DNA of 64,000 nt from an uncultured Porphyromonadaceae bacterium (GTDB lineage: Bacteria > Bacteroidota > Bacteroidia > Bacteroidales > UBA12481): assembly GCA_964355105.1 (NCBI GenBank), contig CAYHCO010000006.1, forward strand, positions 34,420 to 98,419, written 5' to 3'. The notes below the pieces were generated by a model. It was not told the origin of the DNA. It was given only the letters and a program-made list of their open reading frames with translations, and made no database searches. The stretch's first letter is position 1. Every line of letters begins with the position of its first letter. Shown here one piece after another: positions 47,306 to 56,346 of this stretch. The translations under genes were made by a program, and so were the position numbers.

Positions 47306-48657
47306 ACGAAGAGCTCTTTCAGCAGATCTCCCAGGTGCCTGATCGGCACAATCTCTATCTGGAAACGTTTCTGATCGATCCCCTTTTTGTTGAAGGCAGG
47401 GATGAAAATCTTTTTGAATCCCAGTCGGCTGGCTTCAGCCAACCGGTTCTCAATGCGGTTGACGGGCCTTGCCTCCCCGGACAGTCCGATCTCACCGGTA
47501 AAACAAAATTGCTGATCAAGCGGTCGGTTTTTATCGGATGAAAGGATTGCCGCAATGATGGCCAGATCCGTTGCCGGGTCGCTGATACGCAAACCGCCGG
47601 CCATATTCAGAAATACATCTTTGGCAGCCAGGCGGAAGCCGGCACGTTTTTCCAGCACTGCAAGCAGCATGTTCAGGCGGCGCGGATCGAAACCGGTGGT
47701 GGAACGCTGCGGAGTGCCGTAAACCGAAGTGCTCACCAGCGCCTGGGTTTCCAGGAGCAGGGAGCGTTGGCCTTCCATCGACACCGATATCGCATTGCCG
47801 CTCAGCGACAGGTCGCGGTTGGCCAGCAGTAATTCCGATGGGTTGGTGACCTCGCGCAATCCGGTTGAATTCATTTCGAAAATCCCGAGTTCATCGGTGG
47901 ATCCGAAACGGTTTTTGCTTGCCCTGAGTATGCGGTACTGATGATGCTGATCACCCTCGAAACTGAGTACGGTATCCACCATATGCTCCAGCACTTTCGG
48001 CCCGGCCAGATGGCCCTCCTTATTGATATGGCCAATGAGGATTACAGGAGTCTGGCTCTCCTTGGCGAATTTCATCAGGTCGGTGGCACATTCCCTGATC
48101 TGACTTATGGTGCCGGCCGATCCCTCCACTCGCTCGGTAACAAGGGTTTGTATAGAATCGACGATCAGCAGTTCCGGGTTGAATTCATCCAGCTGCTTTA
48201 AGAGGTTCTCGAGGGAGGTCTCGCTCAACAGGTAGAATCCGTCGTGATCGGCCCCTATCCTTTCCGCCCGTAATTTCAGCTGCTCGAGGCTCTCTTCGCC
48301 TGAAACGTATAATATTTTTCTGTTGGTCAGGCGCAGGGCCATCTGAAGCACCAGGGTAGATTTTCCGATTCCAGGCTCTCCGCCGATCAGCACTAGTGAT
48401 CCCGGCACGATCCCGTCGCCGGTTACCCGGTCGAACTCCCCGATCCCGCTCTTGATTCGGTGAAAAGCCAGCCGCTCGATATCCGGCAGGCGCTTGGGCG
48501 TGGAATATGCTATCGATCTGGGTTTTCCGGGCTTGGCCGATTTAACCACCACCTCTTCCACGTAGGTATTCCATTCCCCGCAGCTCGGACAGCGGCCAAT
48601 CCATTTGGCGGCATTCGCACCGCAGTTCGTGCAGGAGAAGGTTGTTTTGGTGGCCAT
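47302..48657 (-). CDS. radA: DNA repair protein RadA/Sms
   Basis: CTNCG...CPSCGEW Zn finger, GEPGIGKST, KNRFG, Lon-like C-terminus. Start at ATG 48657. Confidence 0.97.
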   Translation of the reverse strand: MATKTTFSCTNCGANAAKWIGRCPSCGEWNTYVEEVVVKSAKPGKPRSIAYSTPKRLPDIERLAFHRIKSGIGEFDRVTGDGIVPGSLVLIGGEPGIGKSTLVLQMALRLTNRKILYVSGEESLEQLKLRAERIGADHDGFYLLSETSLENLLKQLDEFNPELLIVDSIQTLVTERVEGSAGTISQIRECATDLMKFAKESQTPVILIGHINKEGHLAGPKVLEHMVDTVLSFEGDQHHQYRILRASKNRFGSTDELGIFEMNSTGLREVTNPSELLLANRDLSLSGNAISVSMEGQRSLLLETQALVSTSVYGTPQRSTTGFDPRRLNMLLAVLEKRAGFRLAAKDVFLNMAGGLRISDPATDLAIIAAILSSDKNRPLDQQFCFTGEIGLSGEARPVNRIENRLAEASRLGFKKIFIPAFNKKGIDQKRFQIEIVPIRHLGDLLKELFV

Positions 48658-48661
48658 CGCC

Positions 48662-49015
48662 CTACAATACCAGCCGGTTAGTAGCGGTATCGGGGAAAAC
48701 CAGAGCGGGCCTGAAGGATTTTGCTTCTTCAAAGTCCATGGTGGCATAGGATATGATAATCACTACATCGCCAACCTGGGCTTTGCGTGCAGCCGGGCCG
48801 TTGAGGCATATGTATCCGGATCCGCGTTCACCCTTGATCACGTAAGTTTCAAGGCGCTCGCCATTGTTAACGTTAACGACCTGAACCTTTTCGTTCTCAA
48901 TCAGGTTGGCAGCATCCATGAGATCTTCATCAATGGTGATGCTTCCGACATACTGAAGGTTCGCTTCAGATATCGTTACCTTGTGGATCTTCGATTTACA
49001 GACTTCTATAAACAT
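48662..49015 (-). CDS. panD: Aspartate 1-decarboxylase
   Basis: [13 protein letters not shown] self-cleavage site, [16 protein letters not shown]. Confidence 0.97.
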   Translation of the reverse strand: MFIEVCKSKIHKVTISEANLQYVGSITIDEDLMDAANLIENEKVQVVNVNNGERLETYVIKGERGSGYICLNGPAARKAQVGDVVIIISYATMDFEEAKSFRPALVFPDTATNRLVL

Positions 49016-49036
49016 CTTTGGCTATTAAAGCGGCTG

Positions 49037-49044
49037 CAAAGTTA
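49037..49044 (-). promoter_or_regulatory. Bacteroidota -7 element (TAACTTTG) upstream of panD-radA
   Basis: Reverse complement of caaagtta, about 20 nt upstream of the panD ATG. Confidence 0.6.
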
Positions 49045-49115
49045 ACTAAAATCAGAAATAGAAATAATTAAACGATTTTCCCCACCTAATTGTTGCGGCC
49101 GTTATACTACAGAAG

Positions 49116-49967
49116 TTATTTCGGGCAGCTCACATTGTCGATCAGCCTAACATCGCCGGCCTGGACGGCTATGAAGCAGCGTATGTGTTCAGATTCGTTC
49201 CAGTCGCCTACCGGAGCCAGCGTGGATTCATCCGCAAATTCAACGTATTCCACCACCAGCAGCCCCGTACGGTGGAGTGTGGAGGTGACGATCTCCTTCA
49301 GATCTTCGGGGGTGCCGTATTCCAAATTTGCGGCTGCATGGCTGATGGCCTGAAAAATCATCGGGGCAATGTTACGGTGTTCGGGGCTGAGCCTGACATT
49401 CCTTGAGCTCATGGCCAGACCGTCATATTCACGTACTATATCGCAAGGAACGATTTTCACCGGCAGATTCTCTATATCAGTAAGCTTTTTAATGATAGCC
49501 AGCTGCTGAAAATCCTTTTCGCCGAAATAAGCCTTATCGGAATTGATTATCCTGAGGAGCTTGTTTACGACGACACCCACACCGTTGAAATGACCGGGAC
49601 GGAAACTACCCTCCATCACAGTGGCGAGTGGTCCAAAATCGTAAACTTTTGTTTCCGGTTCGGGATACATCTCAATTTCCGAAGGAGCGAAAATAAAATC
49701 GTTTTCTTTCAGGATCGGCTCCAGCAGCTTCAGGTCGGCTGAAAGATCCCTCGGATATTTTTCAAGGTCGGCGGGATTATTGAACTGTATGGGATTAACA
49801 AAAATACTGACTGCTACATGGTCGTTCTCCGCAACAGCTCGCCTGACTAGCGAAAGATGACCTTCGTGAAGCGCACCCATGGTGGGAACAAAGCCTAGGG
49901 ACAGGTGCTTTTCCTGCAGCGAAAGAACATGCTCTCGGGTAGAATTTATCGTTTGAAATATCTTCAT
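49116..49967 (-). CDS. panC: Pantoate--beta-alanine ligase
   Basis: VPTMGALHEGH, SIFVNP.QF, RPGHF.GV, FGEKDFQQ, GLAMSSRN, RLIDN. Confidence 0.97.
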   Translation of the reverse strand: MKIFQTINSTREHVLSLQEKHLSLGFVPTMGALHEGHLSLVRRAVAENDHVAVSIFVNPIQFNNPADLEKYPRDLSADLKLLEPILKENDFIFAPSEIEMYPEPETKVYDFGPLATVMEGSFRPGHFNGVGVVVNKLLRIINSDKAYFGEKDFQQLAIIKKLTDIENLPVKIVPCDIVREYDGLAMSSRNVRLSPEHRNIAPMIFQAISHAAANLEYGTPEDLKEIVTSTLHRTGLLVVEYVEFADESTLAPVGDWNESEHIRCFIAVQAGDVRLIDNVSCPK

Positions 49968-50059
49968 TTCGATCTAAAATGGGAAACGAAAATAGCCATA
50001 ATTTAATGTTGATAACCTATAACTCTTGTTAACAAGTACAGAATTCCCTCATTTATTCC

Positions 50060-50067
50060 TACATTTG
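50060..50067 (+). promoter_or_regulatory. Bacteroidota -7 element (TACATTTG) upstream of the glgA-like gene
   Basis: Exact TAnnTTTG match. It argues for the start at ATG 50094 rather than GTG 50067. Confidence 0.6.
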
Positions 50068-50093
50068 TGGTCAGAAAGGAAAAATCCGACAGG

Positions 50094-50903
50094 ATGAAAA
50101 AGCCAAGGGTTCTTTACATATCCCAAGAAATTACGCCCTATCTCCCTGAAACTGAAATGGCTACTATCAGCCGTTTGCTGCCTCAGGGTATACAGGAGCG
50201 CGGAAGGGAAATCCGAACTTTCATGCCTCGTTTCGGTTTGGTCAATGAACGCCGGAACCAGTTGCACGAAGTCATAAGACTTTCGGGAATGAATCTGATC
50301 ATTAATGAAACAGATCATCCCCTGATCATTAAGGTTGCCTCCATTCAGGCCGCCAGAATGCAGGTGTATTTTATTGATAATGAGGATTATTTTCAGAGGA
50401 AGGCCCTGTTAACCGATGAGGCCGGCGAAGAATTTCCGGATAACGACGAGCGTGCGATATTTTTTGCACGCGGCGTTCTGGAAACGGTTCGCAAGCTCCG
50501 GTGGACTCCCGACCTGGTTCATTGCCACGGTTGGTTTACCTCATTAATTCCGCTATACCTGAAGAAGGTATTTCACGATGACCCCTTGTTTGGCCACGCC
50601 AAAGTGGTCTATTCACTATACCAGGATGCTTTTGAAAAACCGCTCCATGAGTCGTTTAAACAAAAAATTCTGATGCCGGGTATTAAACCTGCAGATGTGG
50701 ACGTTATTACTGTTCCGGATTTCGCTCATGTCAGCCAGATGGCCATTACCCATTCCGATGCGGTAATGATCGGCAGCAAAGTGATTAACCCGGAGGTCGA
50801 TTCCTTCCTGCGTAAATCGGGTAAGCCCTTCCTGGAATATCAGGAACCTGATAATTTCATTGAGGCTTATTCCGACTTTTACAAGGAAGTTTTAGGGGTC
50901 TGA
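50094..50903 (+). CDS. Glycogen/starch synthase N-terminal (GT5) domain-only protein
   Basis: RTFMPRFG..NERRNQLHEVIRLSG, DNDER..FFARG, PDLVHCHGW. No C-terminal GT-B half. Confidence 0.85.
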   Translation: MKKPRVLYISQEITPYLPETEMATISRLLPQGIQERGREIRTFMPRFGLVNERRNQLHEVIRLSGMNLIINETDHPLIIKVASIQAARMQVYFIDNEDYFQRKALLTDEAGEEFPDNDERAIFFARGVLETVRKLRWTPDLVHCHGWFTSLIPLYLKKVFHDDPLFGHAKVVYSLYQDAFEKPLHESFKQKILMPGIKPADVDVITVPDFAHVSQMAITHSDAVMIGSKVINPEVDSFLRKSGKPFLEYQEPDNFIEAYSDFYKEVLGV

Positions 50904-50922
50904 TTTTATTACATACAGATAA

Positions 50923-52218
50923 ATGGTCAATACTTTATTACGTAGGGCAGGCATCGCACTGTTATCCGGAAGCCTGGTAATCATGTCGTTAACCGGCTGC
51001 AAGAACAGCGACGAGATTGGTCTGAACCTCACCCCCCCGGGTGAAAGATTTAAGTTTGTTGTTGACTCCAGCTCTGTCGTAACCGCCAGCACTATCCGTC
51101 AGGATTCCCTGACCACCGAAAAAAGAGCCACTTCACTGCTTGGCTGCATGAATGATCCTATTTTCGGCAGGTCTACCGCAAGTCTGTTGACCCAGCTTCG
51201 CCTTTCTTCCAACGAGGTTGATTTCGGGGTTAATCCTCAGATCGACTCCGCGGTGGTCCTGCTGAAATACAAAGGTTATTACGGTGATACCACCCAGCTT
51301 CAGAGCCTGCGCATATTCGAGCTGACCAAAGATCTTTACTTTGATTCAACCTATTACTCGAACCAGAAAATGGAAGGGTATATTGATCCTTCAGCCGCTG
51401 TGGGTGACTTTTCCTATTATCCGCGACCGGAGCAGGATTCGATACTTATAAAACTGAATCCGGATTTTGGCAACAAGATCCTGAATACCGATACAGCTTA
51501 CCTCTCCAACAACTCTGTATGGCTCAGCCATTTCAAGGGACTCTATTTTGAGTCGCAGCAGGTTGACCAGGGAGGATCGATGACCTATCTCGATCTGACC
51601 GGCGGAAAATCCAGGCTTCAATTGTATTATCATAACGATACCAGTGACTCCCTGAAATATGAGGTGGTCATCAACACCAACTGCAGCTGGGTTAACCTGT
51701 TCAGCCATGATTACACCGGCACTCCAATACAAAACCAGATCAACGATTCACTGGATACCCATCCGGAAGTCTATATACAGAGCATGGCCGGATTGCGGTC
51801 GCACCTTAACCTCAAGCTTCCCGACGAATTGGTTAACAAGATCAATGACGGCGTCACCATCAACAAGGCAGAGCTGATCATCACCATCGCCAATGACCCG
51901 ACCGAGAAATTTTTCGGCAAACCCGCTTCACTTAGGGTATTTAATGCCGGCGCCACTGGTAAGAACGAATTCATCGACGACCTGCTGTTGGGCGAAGCTT
52001 ATTATGGGGGCACCTATCTGGCAGGCACATCCACGTACAAGTTCAATGTTGGCCGGCACATCCAGAAAATCGTCCATCCCGATCCTGACAAGAGGATCAA
52101 CAACAACGGGCTTTTCCTGGTCATTACCGATGAAAGGATTTCCGGAAGCCGGCTGGTGCTGAACAACGGCAGCCAGAACGGGATGAAGCTGATTATCACC
52201 TACACGCCCGTGAACTAA
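50923..52218 (+). CDS. DUF4270-family lipoprotein
   Basis: Lipobox SLTGC, LLG...DPIFG.S.AS..TQLRL, HFKGLYF, C-terminal KL.ITYT. Conserved glgA-like/DUF4270/glmS order. Confidence 0.8.
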   Translation: MVNTLLRRAGIALLSGSLVIMSLTGCKNSDEIGLNLTPPGERFKFVVDSSSVVTASTIRQDSLTTEKRATSLLGCMNDPIFGRSTASLLTQLRLSSNEVDFGVNPQIDSAVVLLKYKGYYGDTTQLQSLRIFELTKDLYFDSTYYSNQKMEGYIDPSAAVGDFSYYPRPEQDSILIKLNPDFGNKILNTDTAYLSNNSVWLSHFKGLYFESQQVDQGGSMTYLDLTGGKSRLQLYYHNDTSDSLKYEVVINTNCSWVNLFSHDYTGTPIQNQINDSLDTHPEVYIQSMAGLRSHLNLKLPDELVNKINDGVTINKAELIITIANDPTEKFFGKPASLRVFNAGATGKNEFIDDLLLGEAYYGGTYLAGTSTYKFNVGRHIQKIVHPDPDKRINNNGLFLVITDERISGSRLVLNNGSQNGMKLIITYTPVN

Positions 52219-52296
52219 GGCAAAAGGCAAAAGGCAAAAGGCAAAAGGCAAAGGGCAAAGGGCAAAAATTAGGCAGAAGAAATAATTTTAAGGAAT

Positions 52297-52326
52297 AAGG
52301 CTGGCGGGAAATCGGCAGCCTTTTTT
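52297..52326 (+). terminator. Probable intrinsic terminator after the DUF4270 gene
   Basis: AAGGCTGGCG-ggaaat-CGGCAGCCTT stem with one mismatch, followed by a T-run. Confidence 0.75.
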
Positions 52327-52360
52327 CATTCAGGCAGGTCAATAATCTATCTATTACATA

Positions 52361-52389
52361 CCCCGGGTTGAAGTCCAGGGCTATTGATA
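52361..52389 (-). repeat. REP-like palindrome, same family as 28224-28299
   Basis: Reverse complement reads TATCAATAGCCCTGGACTTCAACCCGGGG, versus TATCAATAGGCCCCGGTTTCAACCGGGA. Confidence 0.7.
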
Positions 52390-52511
52390 TCCGCCTTGCT
52401 ACTTTCTTTATATTCCTTATCACTAATTTTTGCCTTTTGCCCCCTGCCCTCTGCCTTTTTAAAAGGATTAAGTTATATTAGCGTTATCTAACCCATCGAA
52501 CCTAATTTATT

Positions 52512-54347
52512 ATGTGCGGAATTGTAGGGTATATAGGCTTCCAGGAAGCTTATCCAATCATCATCAACGGACTTAGGCGACTGGAATACCGCGGATACGA
52601 TTCTGCGGGCATCGCGCTGATCAGTGAAGGTTTCAACGTTCAGAAATGCAAGGGCAAGGTGGCCGACCTGGAGCGTGTCGGCATATCCCGAACCAAATCC
52701 GGTACCATCGGAATGGGCCATACGCGATGGGCAACGCATGGTGAGCCCAACGAGATCAATGCCCATCCGCATACTTCCTACAAAGGTCATTTTGTGATGG
52801 TCCATAATGGGATCATAGAGAATTACGCCTCAATAAAGAGGCATCTGAAAACCCGGGGGGTCAAGTTTACCGGAGAAACAGATACCGAAGTTCTGGTCAA
52901 CCTTATCGAGCACCTGTATCTCGAAGGTGATCTATCGGCTGAACTGGCCATCCTGATGGCGCTCAATAAAGTAGAGGGTGCCTACGGGATCGTGGTCGCC
53001 TGCAAAGATGAGCCCGACCACCTGTTTGCCGCACGCAAAGGCAGCCCGCTGGTTATCGGGGTCGGTCAGGGCGAGTATTTCCTGGCTTCCGATGCCACCC
53101 CGCTGGTTGAACATACACAAAACGTCATCTACCTGAATGATGAGGATTTTGCCATGATCAGTCGCGACCGGCTGGTTTTGCGCTCCCTCAGGAATTCGAC
53201 CCACAGTCCGGAAATTCAGGAGCTCGACCTGTCGATCGGCGAGATCGACAAGGAGGGTTACGCCCATTTCATGCTTAAGGAGATTTTTGAGCAGCCCCGG
53301 GCCATACAGGACACTTTCCGCGGACGCGTATTGCCGGATAAATCAGGCATTCAGCTGGGCGGGTTACATGATGTGCTAAACAAACTCTACTCAGCAAAAA
53401 GAATCATCATCACCGCATGCGGTACTTCATGGCATGCGGGACTGGTTGGGGAATATTTCTTTGAAGAGCTGGCGCGGGTACCCGTTGAGGTCGAGTACAG
53501 TTCGGAATTCCGATACAGGAATCCGATCCTCGGACCGGACGATATCGTTCTGGCTATCAGTCAGAGCGGTGAAACAGCCGACACCCTGGCAGCCATCAAG
53601 CTGGCGCGTGAGCGGGGTGCGACGGTTCTCGGCATCTGCAATGTGGTAGGCTCGTCTATTGCACGGGAAACCACAGCCGGGGTTTACACGCATGCGGGCC
53701 CCGAGATCGGGGTTGCCAGCACCAAGGCTTTCACAGCCCAGGTTACCGTACTGATCATGATGGCGCTAATGACGGGCCGAAATAACGGAACACTAACCAA
53801 GGAACGATACGAGGCACTGATCGCCGAGCTGGTGGAAGTCCCGGCCAAACTGAGAAAAACACTCGAAAAGGATGCGGAGATCCTTGAAATCGCCACGATC
53901 TTCCAAAACACCCGGAATGCCATCTATCTCGGTCGTGGAGCATTCTTCCCGGTAGCCCTGGAAGGTGCACTCAAGCTGAAAGAGATCAGTTATATCCATG
54001 CCGAAGGATACCCGGCCGCCGAGATGAAACACGGCCCGATAGCGCTGATCGACGAAAACATGCCGGTGGTAGTGGTTGCGGCTAAAGACCAGACACTCGA
54101 CAAAGTGGTGAGTAACATTCAGGAGATCAAGGCCCGCAAGGGCACGGTGATAGCCATCGTTACCGAGGGCGACCAGGAAATTTCCAACCTGGCCGACTAT
54201 GTAATCGCAGTACCCGATTCCCTGCCGGAATTCTCTGTTCTCCTTTCAGTCATACCTTTGCAGCTGCTGGCCTACCATATTGCCGTCCTTCGGGGCTGCG
54301 ATGTTGACCAGCCGCGTAATCTTGCCAAATCGGTCACCGTAGAATAG
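52512..54347 (+). CDS. glmS: Glutamine--fructose-6-phosphate transaminase (isomerizing)
   Basis: MCGIVG, LEYRGYDSAG, GHTRWATHG, HNGIIEN, SQSGETADT, NLAKSVTVE. Confidence 0.99.
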   Translation: MCGIVGYIGFQEAYPIIINGLRRLEYRGYDSAGIALISEGFNVQKCKGKVADLERVGISRTKSGTIGMGHTRWATHGEPNEINAHPHTSYKGHFVMVHNGIIENYASIKRHLKTRGVKFTGETDTEVLVNLIEHLYLEGDLSAELAILMALNKVEGAYGIVVACKDEPDHLFAARKGSPLVIGVGQGEYFLASDATPLVEHTQNVIYLNDEDFAMISRDRLVLRSLRNSTHSPEIQELDLSIGEIDKEGYAHFMLKEIFEQPRAIQDTFRGRVLPDKSGIQLGGLHDVLNKLYSAKRIIITACGTSWHAGLVGEYFFEELARVPVEVEYSSEFRYRNPILGPDDIVLAISQSGETADTLAAIKLARERGATVLGICNVVGSSIARETTAGVYTHAGPEIGVASTKAFTAQVTVLIMMALMTGRNNGTLTKERYEALIAELVEVPAKLRKTLEKDAEILEIATIFQNTRNAIYLGRGAFFPVALEGALKLKEISYIHAEGYPAAEMKHGPIALIDENMPVVVVAAKDQTLDKVVSNIQEIKARKGTVIAIVTEGDQEISNLADYVIAVPDSLPEFSVLLSVIPLQLLAYHIAVLRGCDVDQPRNLAKSVTVE

Positions 54348-54354
54348 TACGGAC

Positions 54355-56346
54355 ATGAAATTATCAGAATATCGGGCCCTCAATGCTTCGGAGATCTCCA
54401 TTCTTGAGGCGCAGGGCTGTACGGCTGAATCCTGGAACCTGGTTAAGGTGAAACCCGGATTCGAACCCTCTCGTATCCACCGGGTCAGCTTTCAGGGAAA
54501 CATTGAGCTGGGATCATTTACGGGAACGGCAGAATTTGCCGGCGGCCTGAAATTGCCGACCGGGATTTCCGATGCTCTGATCTATAATTGCCGGGTAGGC
54601 GATGATGCCTATATCAGCGGCCCGGGCCAGATGATTGCCAATTATCATATTGGCGACGGTGCAGTGATCAACCATGTGGATGTGCTGGTTTATGAAGGTC
54701 CCACCGGCTTTGGCAACGGGTTGCGTCTCTCGGTGCTCAATGAGGCCGGCGGACGGGAAGTTCCGATATTCGACCGGTTATCGGCCCAGATAGCATATAT
54801 TCTGGCCTTATACCGTCACCGGCCCGAGGTGATCGGGAAACTGACCGCCATGATAGATGCCTATGCGGCAAGTTGCGATCCCGGCTTTGGAGTCATTGCC
54901 GAAGGAGCGAGAATATCACATACTCATTTGATCCGGAACGTCAGGATCGGTCCCTATACCATCATCGATGGTGCTACCCGTCTGGAGGAGGGGAGCATCA
55001 ATTCCTGCCATGAAGACCCGGTTTATATCGGCCAGGGCGTGAGCGCCAGGGAGTTTATCATAGCTTCCGGTTCCAGAATTACCGATGCGGTCTTTCTCGA
55101 CAAGTGCTTTGTGGGGCAAGGAGTCGAGCTGGGGAAACAGTATTCAGCCGAGAATTCGCTTTTCTTCGCCAATTGTGCTGGATTTCATGGCGAGGCATGC
55201 TCAGTGTTTGCAGGTCCGTTCACTGTAACCCACCATAAATCCACCTTGCTGATCGCCGCCTATTTCTCATTCCTGAATGCCGGATCGGGATCCAACCAGA
55301 GTAACCATATGTACAAGCTCGGACCGATACATCAGGGTATCGTGGAACGGGGATCAAAAACAACCAGCGATTCTTATCTACTGTGGCCCAGCAAGATAGG
55401 GCCATTTACCCTGGTTATGGGACGCCATTATAAGAATTCCGACACCTCCGACCTGCCCTTCTCCTACCTGGTGGAGAGCAACGACGAAAGCATCCTTTCG
55501 CCCGGGGTGAACCTGAAATCGGTAGGAACGATACGCGATGCGCAGAAGTGGCCAAGACGCGACCGCCGTCGCGATCCCGATCTGCTCGACGTGATCAATT
55601 ACAACCTGCTCAGTCCCTTCACCATTCAGAAAATGTGGCGGGGACGCGAAATCCTCCGCAACCTTCAGAAAACATCTGGTAAGAAATCTGATTTCTACAC
55701 CTTCGAAAACACAAAGATTCCAAGAAATGCCTTGGAGCGCGGCATTCAACTGTATACCATCGGGATCATAAAATTCCTGGGCAACTCGCTCATCTCCAGG
55801 ATCGAAAAGGGCGGCTGCTCTACTGCTGCAGAACTTCAAAAAACACTCCGGGCAGACACGGCCGCCGGCCAGGGAAACTGGATCGACATGGCCGGGCTGA
55901 TCACTCCGCAGGAACTTGCCGAGGATTTGCTGAACCGGATTGAAGGCGGACAACTGTCCACCCTGGCCAGTGTGGAAGGTGAATTCCGGAAATGGCATGC
56001 CGGTTATTACGAAATGGAATGGACCTGGGCACGAGGCCTGATCGAGAAGGAGTTCAACTGCAATCTGGATACGATTGCTCCGGAAACGGCAGTTCAGATA
56101 GTTGAAACCTGGCGAAAGGCGGTTGTCGACCTTGATGAAATGCTACACGAGGACGCCCGCAAAGAATTCAGGATATCCGCCCAAACCGGCTTCGGCACCG
56201 ACGGTGGCGAGGAGGAGCGGCTGAAGGACTTCGGTGAGGTACGCGGTGAATTTGAACAAAACGCAGCCGTCATAGCCATCCGCGAACACATCAGGAAGAA
56301 GACTGCACTGGCAAAAAAAATCACTGACCAACTCACGCCAGCCTGA
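54355..56346 (+). CDS. DUF4954-family protein (left-handed beta-helix-like)
   Basis: YR.L...EI..LE.QGC.AE.W, NE.GGREV.I.D.LSAQ.AY, HGEACS.FAGP.TV.HHKS.LLI, GSGSNQSNH.YKLGP.HQG. Confidence 0.8.
   Translation: MKLSEYRALNASEISILEAQGCTAESWNLVKVKPGFEPSRIHRVSFQGNIELGSFTGTAEFAGGLKLPTGISDALIYNCRVGDDAYISGPGQMIANYHIGDGAVINHVDVLVYEGPTGFGNGLRLSVLNEAGGREVPIFDRLSAQIAYILALYRHRPEVIGKLTAMIDAYAASCDPGFGVIAEGARISHTHLIRNVRIGPYTIIDGATRLEEGSINSCHEDPVYIGQGVSAREFIIASGSRITDAVFLDKCFVGQGVELGKQYSAENSLFFANCAGFHGEACSVFAGPFTVTHHKSTLLIAAYFSFLNAGSGSNQSNHMYKLGPIHQGIVERGSKTTSDSYLLWPSKIGPFTLVMGRHYKNSDTSDLPFSYLVESNDESILSPGVNLKSVGTIRDAQKWPRRDRRRDPDLLDVINYNLLSPFTIQKMWRGREILRNLQKTSGKKSDFYTFENTKIPRNALERGIQLYTIGIIKFLGNSLISRIEKGGCSTAAELQKTLRADTAAGQGNWIDMAGLITPQELAEDLLNRIEGGQLSTLASVEGEFRKWHAGYYEMEWTWARGLIEKEFNCNLDTIAPETAVQIVETWRKAVVDLDEMLHEDARKEFRISAQTGFGTDGGEEERLKDFGEVRGEFEQNAAVIAIREHIRKKTALAKKITDQLTPA

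Larger units (their letters stand above)
52219..52455. repeat. Inverted heptamer arrays: (GGCAAAR)x7 at 52219-52267 and four reverse-complement-type units (YYYTGCC) at 52428-52455
   Basis: Directly visible. GGCAAAAATTAG (52261-52272) is the exact reverse complement of CTAATTTTTGCC (52423-52434). Confidence 0.92.

Noticed and set aside
52196..52423. 75-aa ORF with LPFAFCL repeats
   Set aside because: It is merely the translation of the GGCAAAA heptamer array on the minus strand.
52270..52511. glmS ribozyme/riboswitch upstream of glmS
   Set aside because: No recognisable conserved ribozyme core. The region is accounted for by the heptamer arms, a terminator and a REP.
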